Assembly: GCA_041601795.1 (NCBI GenBank)
Contig: JBFIHK010000002.1
Span: 1 to 47,544 of the forward strand
Length of the DNA stretch: 47,544 bases
Source: Minisyncoccia bacterium
GTDB lineage: Bacteria > Patescibacteriota > Minisyncoccia > Phycocordibacterales > XYD1-FULL-46-19
Direction: 5' to 3'
A program made the translations under genes and the position numbers. The notes beneath the pieces were generated by a model. The model searched no databases, had not been told where the DNA came from, and saw only the letters and a list, made by a program, of their open reading frames with translations. Below are positions 41,038 to 47,544 of this stretch, piece after piece. Every line of letters begins with the position of its first letter. Position 1 is the first letter of the stretch.

Positions 41038-41895
41038 ATGATAAACAAACCTTATTTAATAGATGCTCACTCCCATATCAATTTTGATCGTTTTGACGAT
41101 GACAGGCAGGAGGTGATAGATAGAGCGCTTGCAAAAAATATTTGGCAAGTTAATGTCGGTACTAGTAGAAAAACATCTACTCAAGCAGTGGCTTTGGCTC
41201 AAAAATACAATCAAGGAGTTTATGCTATTGTTGGTTTACATCCGGTGCACACTAGTAGTTCTCATCTAGATCAAGCAGAATTAAGTCCAGAAAAAGCCGA
41301 GCAGTTGTTTACAGAGGGTGAGCAATTTGATTTAGATTTTTATACTTCTTTAGCTAAAGAGCGAGGAGTCGTTGGTGTAGGGGAATGTGGCTTGGACTAT
41401 TTTCGAGCTGATGCTAGCCAGAAAGAACTTCAGATTAAAAATTTTGTCGATCAGATTCATTTAGCTAACACTGTAGATAAACCTCTGATGCTTCACTTGC
41501 GTTCTGGACAAACAGATTCGGCCTATTTAGATGCAATAGATATCTTAAAACAAGAATCTAAAGTGGTAGGGGACGTTCATTTTTTTGCCGGTAGTGTAGC
41601 TGAAGCTCAAAAATTTTTAGATTTAGGATTTTACATTTCTTTTACTGGTGTCATTACTTTTGCTCGTGATTATGAAGAGTTGGTTAAATATGTTCCTTTA
41701 GATAGATTGCTTATAGAAACAGATTGTCCATATGTAGCCCCTGTGCCATATAGGGGTCGTCGTAATGAACCAGCGTATGTTGAAGAAGTAGCCAAAAAAG
41801 TAGCCGAGTTAAAAAAAATAAGCCTAGAGGTAGTAGCGGAGAAAACAACTGACAATTGGTTAAAGCTTTTTGGGGGTCATTTAAATAATAATTAA
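41038..41895 (+). CDS. tatD: TatD-family metal-dependent hydrolase/DNase
   Basis: IDAHSHINF, GECGLDY and IETDCPY motifs. Confidence 0.88.
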   Translation: MINKPYLIDAHSHINFDRFDDDRQEVIDRALAKNIWQVNVGTSRKTSTQAVALAQKYNQGVYAIVGLHPVHTSSSHLDQAELSPEKAEQLFTEGEQFDLDFYTSLAKERGVVGVGECGLDYFRADASQKELQIKNFVDQIHLANTVDKPLMLHLRSGQTDSAYLDAIDILKQESKVVGDVHFFAGSVAEAQKFLDLGFYISFTGVITFARDYEELVKYVPLDRLLIETDCPYVAPVPYRGRRNEPAYVEEVAKKVAELKKISLEVVAEKTTDNWLKLFGGHLNNN

Positions 41896-41985
41896 AACTT
41901 TTTTTAGCTAAATTTCGCAACCACTTGTCCGGAAAGGTGACTTTGTCTTTATTTATTTTATGCCGTCTATCCGTGTGGGGAGGTT

Positions 41986-42014
41986 TTGACAGCGACAAAT
42001 ATATCTGATAGTAT
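41986..42014 (+). promoter_or_regulatory. Candidate promoter of the rpsF-ssb-rpsR operon
   Basis: TTGACA (41986-41991) - 17 nt - TAGTAT (42009-42014), 10 nt before the ATG region. Confidence 0.35.
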
Positions 42015-42024
42015 CTAGACACAT

Positions 42025-42564
42025 ATGGTAGACACAAATACAACTGAAGACAATTTAGATTTAAAAGACCCCAAGGTATATGAAATTGGTTATCTTTTGG
42101 TGCCTCTAGTGCCAGAAGCTGATAAATTGAGTATTGTAGATGAGGTTATTACAAGTAATATTAAAAGTAAGGGGGGGGTTGTTATTACTGATATGGCTCC
42201 AGAAATGAGGAAACTGGAATACACCATCAGAAAAATGATGAATAATAAGTATGCTAAGTTTTCCGATGCCTATTTTGGAGCTATTAAATTTGAATTAAAC
42301 CCAGCTGATGTAGCTAGTATTAATGAAGTGGTTAAAAAATCAGATCATATTTTACGCTATATTTTAATTGAAAGTTCTAGAAATAATGAAGCCAAACCTG
42401 CCAAACAAGTAGAAGGGGTCAAAAAAATTGCCTCTAAAACTAAAACAGAAAGTAAGTCCGCATCAACTACTACGGAGAGTGTGAGTGCAGATGATGTAAA
42501 AAGTGTCGACCCAGAGTCTAAAAAAGTTATTGATAAAGAAATTGAAGACTTATTAACCTCTTAG
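42025..42564 (+). CDS. rpsF: 30S ribosomal protein S6 with long C-terminal tail
   Basis: YEIGYLLVP...start and the conserved rpsF-ssb-rpsR gene order. Confidence 0.8.
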   Translation: MVDTNTTEDNLDLKDPKVYEIGYLLVPLVPEADKLSIVDEVITSNIKSKGGVVITDMAPEMRKLEYTIRKMMNNKYAKFSDAYFGAIKFELNPADVASINEVVKKSDHILRYILIESSRNNEAKPAKQVEGVKKIASKTKTESKSASTTTESVSADDVKSVDPESKKVIDKEIEDLLTS

Positions 42565-42573
42565 TTTTAAAAT

Positions 42574-43035
42574 ATGTATTTAAATAAAGCTTTAATTATT
42601 GGTAATTTAACTAGAGATCCCGAAGAACGCCAAATGCCTTCTGGAGTATCAGTGGTCAATTTTTCTGTTGCTACTAATAGGTATTGGAAAGATAAAAATG
42701 GAGCCAGACAAGAAGATACTCAATATCATAATGTAGTTGTTTTTGGTGCTCAAGCTGCTAATTGCGCTCAATATTTAAAAAAGGGGAGTTCAGTTCTAGT
42801 TGAAGGTCGAATGCAAACTAGAAGTTGGGACGATGCCGATGGCAACAAAAAATACCGGACTGAAATAGTGGCCGACAGAGTTCAATTTGGGACCAGAAGT
42901 GATGCCTCTGGCTCTTCTAATTATAATTCTGGAGCTAATAACAACAAAGCTGAAGAGGGTAATAAGGCGCCAGCAGATGATAATCAAATAGATTATCCCG
43001 ACGAAGATATTAACCCGGAAGACATTCCTTTTTAA
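42574..43035 (+). CDS. ssb: Single-stranded DNA-binding protein
   Basis: OB fold MYLNKALIIGNLTRDPE and acidic tail ending DIPF. Confidence 0.93.
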   Translation: MYLNKALIIGNLTRDPEERQMPSGVSVVNFSVATNRYWKDKNGARQEDTQYHNVVVFGAQAANCAQYLKKGSSVLVEGRMQTRSWDDADGNKKYRTEIVADRVQFGTRSDASGSSNYNSGANNNKAEEGNKAPADDNQIDYPDEDINPEDIPF

Positions 43036-43057
43036 GTAATTTAAAGAAAAAAATATC

Positions 43058-43258
43058 ATGAAACAATGTTACTTTTGTACAAATAATATTAAAGATGTTG
43101 ACTACAAAGAAGTTGAGATATTGAAAAATTATCTTGACACTCATAGTCGAATTTTGCGTCACAGCCGTACTGGTACTTGTGCCAAACATCAACGCCGTTT
43201 AGGAACAGCTGTTAAGCGAGCTCGTTTTATGGCTCTTCTTCCTTTTGTTCAAGGTTAG
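43058..43258 (+). CDS. rpsR: 30S ribosomal protein S18
   Basis: CYFC...IDYKEV...RILRHSRTGTCAKHQRRLGTAVKRARFMALLPF. Confidence 0.93.
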   Translation: MKQCYFCTNNIKDVDYKEVEILKNYLDTHSRILRHSRTGTCAKHQRRLGTAVKRARFMALLPFVQG

Positions 43259-43278
43259 ACTCTAAATTTACTCTCTAT

Positions 43279-43839
43279 ATGTTAAGTTATAACGAAATAA
43301 AACCCAGAAAGTTTATTATTTTTAATGGTGATCCTTGCGAAGTCTTAGATTCGCATGTTTTTCGTAAACAACAAAGAAAACCAGTCAATCAAACTAAATT
43401 AAAAAACCTTATCACTGGTAAGGTAGTTGAAAATTCCTTTCATCAAAGTGAGCAAGTAGCTGAAGCTGATATAGAAAAAAGACCTATTAAATATTTATAT
43501 ACTAATAAAGGTGAGTATTGGTTTTGTGAAAAAGATGACCCTAGTAAGCGTTTTACTATTCCTCATGATTCTGTTGCCAGTAAAATTATTTATGTTAAAC
43601 CAAACGATATTGTAGACTTTTTATCTTTTGACGATAAGCCAATTAGTATTGATATTCCAATTAAAGTGACTTTAAAGGTAACCGAAGCCCCGCCGTCTAT
43701 TAAGGGTAATACTGCTCAAGGGGGCAATAAACAAGTAACAGTAGAAACTGGAGCCGTTGTTACCACTCCAATGTTTATAGAAGTAGGTGATACTATTGAA
43801 ATTAATACCGATACTGGCGAATATACTAGTCGAGTTTAG
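43279..43839 (+). CDS. efp: Elongation factor P
   Basis: Three-domain length. C-terminal VETGAVVTTPMFIEVGDTIEINTDTGEYTSRV matches EF-P. Confidence 0.9.
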   Translation: MLSYNEIKPRKFIIFNGDPCEVLDSHVFRKQQRKPVNQTKLKNLITGKVVENSFHQSEQVAEADIEKRPIKYLYTNKGEYWFCEKDDPSKRFTIPHDSVASKIIYVKPNDIVDFLSFDDKPISIDIPIKVTLKVTEAPPSIKGNTAQGGNKQVTVETGAVVTTPMFIEVGDTIEINTDTGEYTSRV

Positions 43840-43842
43840 TTT

Positions 43843-44862
43843 TTATACTTCTTCTAAACTTTTCTTCACCTTCTTTACTATTTCAGCCATAGTTTTAGGG
43901 TTATCTTTTAAGAAGGTTCTAGTGGCGTCATAACCTTGACCTAGTTTTATTTTTTCGTCTTTACTGTCGGTGTAAGAGTAGAAAGCCCCTGATTTTTTAA
44001 TGATGTCATATTTTTCGGCTAGGGCAATAATTTCACCTTCTGGAGAAATGCCTTCGTTATATAAAATATCAAATTCAGCCACTTTAAATGGTGCCGCGAC
44101 TTTGTTTTTAACTACTTTTACTCGAACTCGGCCTCCAACAATTTCTTCGCCTTTTTTAATTTGGGCAATTCGGCGCACGTCTAAGCGAACAGAAGAGTAA
44201 AACTTAAGGGCTTTACCACCAGGGGTGGTTTCGGGGTTGCCAAACATGACCCCAATTTGCATTCTAATTTGATTAATAAAAATAACAGTTGTTTTAGATT
44301 TGGCGGTAATAGCTGTCATTTTACGCAAAGCTTGACTCATCAGTCGAGCTTGCTTGCCTACATGGTGAGCACCGACATCACCCTCTATTTCATCTTTAGG
44401 GGTTAGGGCAGCCACCGAGTCGACAACAATCACATCTATTTTACCTGAGCGAACTAGGCTTTCAGTAATTTCTAGGGCTTGCTCACCATAATCTGGTTGT
44501 GAAATTAACAAATCATCTATTTTAACTCCTAATTTTTTGGAGTATTCAGGGTCCATGGCATGTTCAGCGTCAATAAAAGCACAAACGCCACCTTTTTTTT
44601 GAGCTTCAGCAATAATATGTAAAGCGAGGGTGGTTTTACCAGAAGACTCAGGGCCGTAAATTTCTATCACTCGGCCTCGAGGTACTCCACCTATACCAAG
44701 AGCTAAATCAAGCCCCAAGGAGCCAGTGGGAATAGCGTTAACATTAACTTTAGGTTTTTCGCCTAGTTTCATTAGGGCTTCATCGCCAAAACGAGATTGA
44801 ATTGATTTAATAGTATCTTCAATGCTGTCACCAGTTTCTTTTTTAACATTTTTCTTAGGCAT
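43843..44862 (-). CDS. recA: Recombinase RecA
   Basis: GPESSGKTT Walker A, and the [14 protein letters not shown] and [22 protein letters not shown] motifs. Confidence 0.97.
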   Translation of the reverse strand: MPKKNVKKETGDSIEDTIKSIQSRFGDEALMKLGEKPKVNVNAIPTGSLGLDLALGIGGVPRGRVIEIYGPESSGKTTLALHIIAEAQKKGGVCAFIDAEHAMDPEYSKKLGVKIDDLLISQPDYGEQALEITESLVRSGKIDVIVVDSVAALTPKDEIEGDVGAHHVGKQARLMSQALRKMTAITAKSKTTVIFINQIRMQIGVMFGNPETTPGGKALKFYSSVRLDVRRIAQIKKGEEIVGGRVRVKVVKNKVAAPFKVAEFDILYNEGISPEGEIIALAEKYDIIKKSGAFYSYTDSKDEKIKLGQGYDATRTFLKDNPKTMAEIVKKVKKSLEEV

Positions 44863-44890
44863 AAGTCGTTATTCTAAAATTAAATAGTTG

Positions 44891-45340
44891 CTAAATCGTA
44901 TCTATACTAGGGGAAGTGGTTGCTAGAGCTTGGCTAGTGGTGGAAGTGTAGTTTTGAATAAAAGTCGGAAGTCCTTCTTGGGGGCTGTGGACTATATGAA
45001 GTTTTTTTATCACTTGACGGCCAAATTTATCTTCGGCTCTTAGAGTTAGTATATTATAGCCAGGGAAGAGGAGCAATGGCTCTCTAAAAATGCCCTCTTT
45101 GTCGGTAAAGATTTGTCTATTGTTTAAATATATTTTAGCTATTCGTTTAGCCGAACCTTTTATTTCTATAAAATTGTCTTGATAGGTGGTGGCATTGGTG
45201 GGGGAAATAATATCTATAGAGGGCCCACTAACCAAATTAGCTGTTTTAAAATAAGCAAAGATTAAAATTATAGCTAATACAGTGAGCATTAAGAAAATTT
45301 TAATCACTAAGTGTTTATTGTAAATCAGTAAATTTTTCAT
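44891..45340 (-). CDS. Hypothetical N-terminally anchored protein
   Basis: 149 aa with one TM (VIKIFLMLTVLAIILIFAYF), then a beta-rich Ig-like region. No family recognised. Confidence 0.55.
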   Translation of the reverse strand: MKNLLIYNKHLVIKIFLMLTVLAIILIFAYFKTANLVSGPSIDIISPTNATTYQDNFIEIKGSAKRIAKIYLNNRQIFTDKEGIFREPLLLFPGYNILTLRAEDKFGRQVIKKLHIVHSPQEGLPTFIQNYTSTTSQALATTSPSIDTI

Positions 45341-45406
45341 AAATAGTTTCTATTGGAAGTCTAATACTTCACAGCTCTGCTGCGGGGATTGGACGGGAGG
45401 ATTGTT

Positions 45407-47544
45407 TTATTCTTCATAGTCATTTTTGGGGTTATTATCATAAACATCGCGTGGCTTAGCCCCATCGGCTGGGCCCACTACACCTCGTTCTTCTAACATG
45501 TCCAACAGGCGGGCTGCTCTGGCATAACCTACACGTAGCTTCCGTTGTAGGTAGGAGGCTGAAGCTTTGCTGGCCTCAAGTACAGCTTGCCTAGCATCTT
45601 CATACAAGTCATCATCATCGTCACCCCCGTCTATACCAGAACTAAAAATGGCATTACCGCTAGAAGAGCTGTCGGCTTCTAAAATAATTTGATCTGGGGG
45701 CGGGGTGTCGCCTTGCTCTTCTATTATGTGCTTCACTACATTTTTGACTTCATTTTCAGAAATAAAAGCCGATTGTAGACGGATAGCTTTAGACATTTCA
45801 CCCGACAGATAGAGCATATCTCCAGCCCCTAACAATTTTTCAGCTCCAGGCGAGTCTAAAATAGTTCGAGAGTCTATTTGACTGGCTACTTGAAGGGCAA
45901 TTCGACATGGAATGTTGGCTTTAATCAAACCAGTAATGACTTCAACTGAAGGTCTTTGGGTTGATAGTACTAAGTGAATACCTACTGCCCGTGACATTTG
46001 AGCTAGGCGAACTACGGCTGCTTCTAGTTCTCTAGGGTAAGTCGACATAATGTCGGCTAGTTCGTCTATAATAATAACTATATAAGGCATCAACTCTATA
46101 TCTTCTCCGTCACCCGTTTGTTTTTTTAAGGCCGGCTCTAAAACGTTGGTATGATAAGACTGAATATCTCGCACTGTTTCTTCTTCCAAAAGAGCGTAGC
46201 GTCGTTCCATTTCTTTAGTGGCCCAGCGTAAGGCCATAATAGCTTTTTTAGGGTCAGTAATAACTGGTGATAATAGATGGGGGGTTTTGTTGTATAAAGT
46301 TAACTCAACTCGTTTAGGGTCTATCATTAAAAACCGTAATCGTTCTGGTGGATTGCGATATAACAGGGAAGTTACCAAAGTATGAATAGTAACCGATTTT
46401 CCAGAACCCGTTGCTCCGGCTATTAACATATGGGGGGCTTTAGCAATGTTGGCAAAATGTGATTCCCCTGAAATACCTCGTCCAAGGCCAATTAAAAGTG
46501 GTAAGTTGGAATTAGAAAATTCTTTGCTACTTAAAATGGATCCTAAGCCGACGGTGGTTTTAGTAGTATTTGGAATTTCTATACCCACTAGCGACCGGCC
46601 AGGAATTGGCGCTTCTATTCTAAGAGGGTGAGCTGCCAAGGCCAGCGACAAGTCGTTTTGAAGATTTAAAATTCGTGACAGTTTAACTCCTTCGGCAGGC
46701 TTTAAGGCATAGCGAGTAATAGAGGGGCCAATAGATATTTCATCCATCTCCACATTAATATTAAAGTTAGCCAAAGTTCTTTTAATAATATTACTATTGG
46801 CTTTAATGTCACCAACTCCAGGTTTACCTTTATCGCGAGAGAGAAGTGATAGTGGGGGTTGAGTAAAAGGTTTACCACCGCTTTTTTTAGTAAAACTCAT
46901 GACCCCAGACAAAAAACCACCCGCTTCTTCTGTGTTGCCACTTGCTTGTGCCGGTCTATTTTTTTCAGGTTGTTTCTGATTTCCATTTTCTTTTTCCGTA
47001 TCTTCGTCTTCTTCGTTTGAGCTGTTATTGATGATTAAAGCTTCAGCCTCATTTTCTAAATCTTCTTCTGTTTCTTTTTTACCAAAACGGAAACCAAAAA
47101 TAGAATTGTCAAAAGATAGCCTAGTGTCAAAAATGACAAACACCGCTATTAGTCCAGCCGAAATTAAAACCACCAAACTGACATAAAAATCAAAAAAAGT
47201 TAATAAAGGTCCAGCAATGGCTCGGCCAATTAAACCTCCAGCTGTGTCGTCGTTTAAAACAATATTAAAAATACCTAAAGTAGAAATAAACAGTAGTGAC
47301 CCACCAATTATTCTATGAAGTAAAAAGTTTGTTTTAACAGCGAGGAAAAAAGACACCCCAATAATAATTAGGATTAAAGGTAGTATCAAGTAGCCCGCAC
47401 CAAGTAAAAAGTCTAAACCTTGATAAGTGTATTTACCGGCCATACCAGCGTAGTCAAATTTAGCCAAAAGGAAAAATATACTAACTGTAATAAAGAGAAC
47501 TCCAAATATGGCGTGTTTAGTGTCTTCTTTTAAACCAGGTAAAA
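45407..47544 (-). CDS. ftsK: DNA translocase FtsK/SpoIIIE (N-terminus outside window)
   Basis: Walker A GATGSGKS, Walker B IIIDELAD, and C-terminal gamma winged helix YLQRKLRVGYARAARLLDMLEERGVVG. The frame stays open upstream of the track TTG start to the window edge. Confidence 0.93.
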   Translation of the reverse strand, partial: LPGLKEDTKHAIFGVLFITVSIFFLLAKFDYAGMAGKYTYQGLDFLLGAGYLILPLILIIIGVSFFLAVKTNFLLHRIIGGSLLFISTLGIFNIVLNDDTAGGLIGRAIAGPLLTFFDFYVSLVVLISAGLIAVFVIFDTRLSFDNSIFGFRFGKKETEEDLENEAEALIINNSSNEEDEDTEKENGNQKQPEKNRPAQASGNTEEAGGFLSGVMSFTKKSGGKPFTQPPLSLLSRDKGKPGVGDIKANSNIIKRTLANFNINVEMDEISIGPSITRYALKPAEGVKLSRILNLQNDLSLALAAHPLRIEAPIPGRSLVGIEIPNTTKTTVGLGSILSSKEFSNSNLPLLIGLGRGISGESHFANIAKAPHMLIAGATGSGKSVTIHTLVTSLLYRNPPERLRFLMIDPKRVELTLYNKTPHLLSPVITDPKKAIMALRWATKEMERRYALLEEETVRDIQSYHTNVLEPALKKQTGDGEDIELMPYIVIIIDELADIMSTYPRELEAAVVRLAQMSRAVGIHLVLSTQRPSVEVITGLIKANIPCRIALQVASQIDSRTILDSPGAEKLLGAGDMLYLSGEMSKAIRLQSAFISENEVKNVVKHIIEEQGDTPPPDQIILEADSSSSGNAIFSSGIDGGDDDDDLYEDARQAVLEASKASASYLQRKLRVGYARAARLLDMLEERGVVGPADGAKPRDVYDNNPKNDYEE

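Noticed and set aside
2398-46631. Short antisense or embedded track ORFs: 2398-2595, 5216-5449, 6486-6740, 7061-7303, 8773-8955, 9062-9253, 12482-12685, 12806-13000, 18375-18641, 23828-24034, 24207-24398, 24283-24489, 24835-25047, 27041-27310, 27282-27470, 28553-28771, 37493-37714, 37800-37997, 40766-40966, 41670-41855, 41711-42043, 42796-43059, 43010-43192, 44000-44200, 46446-46631
   Set aside because: Each lies inside or antisense to a well-supported conserved gene or terminator region. They have odd composition, and there is no independent evidence for them.
1-47544. Integrase, transposase or prophage genes that could mobilise the tRNA-linked elements
   Set aside because: None of the ORFs in this window shows tyrosine/serine recombinase, DDE, Y1/HUH or TnpB-like motifs. 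If a mobilising enzyme exists, it is encoded elsewhere.

Overview
This is a low-GC, gene-dense 47.5-kb window from a small-genome bacterium. The content looks like Candidate Phyla Radiation / Patescibacteria (Parcubacteria-like): short housekeeping proteins, a secE-nusG-rplK operon that stops without rplA, a MurE plus FemAB pair, and many orphan membrane or surface proteins. Most ORFs are ordinary core genes. They include xth (fragment), holA-like, trmH-like, mutM, murE, femX, ruvA, rpsT, ruvX, rluD, rplS, msrA, nrnA, secE, nusG, rplK, glyA, dut, argS, ileS, recO, glyQS, metG, tatD, rpsF-ssb-rpsR, efp, recA and ftsK (5' end outside the window). I read seven tRNA genes by eye: Lys-UUU, Arg-GCG, Ser-UGA, Arg-UCU, Val-UAC, Leu-GAG and His-GUG. 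The most unusual signal is non-coding. Six of the seven tRNAs are each followed by a homologous, modular element of about 90-280 nt. Each element contains an antisense copy of that tRNA's own T-loop/T-stem(/acceptor) 3' strand, then structured GC-rich hairpins, and ends in a sense remnant of the same tRNA 3' segment. At tRNA-Val and tRNA-Lys the modules are stacked. A similar sense-antisense-sense arrangement sits at the 3' end of rplK. I cannot assign these elements to any family I know. Second, a visibly GC-richer block (about 24.1-27.65 kb) holds a phage-like thymidylate-cycle set with unusual architectures: an RfaE-II-like nucleotidyltransferase, a dCMP deaminase with a large N-terminal extension, a DHFR-HIT fusion and a divergent ThyA. 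It lies next to glyA and dut. Other notable items are an IleRS carrying a complete histidine-phosphatase (PGAM-like) domain inside its catalytic core, an L,D-transpeptidase/D,D-carboxypeptidase fusion, a 1159-aa orphan protein, and an unassigned structured intergenic RNA candidate with its own terminator. I saw no CRISPR array, rRNA, integrase or transposase ORF.
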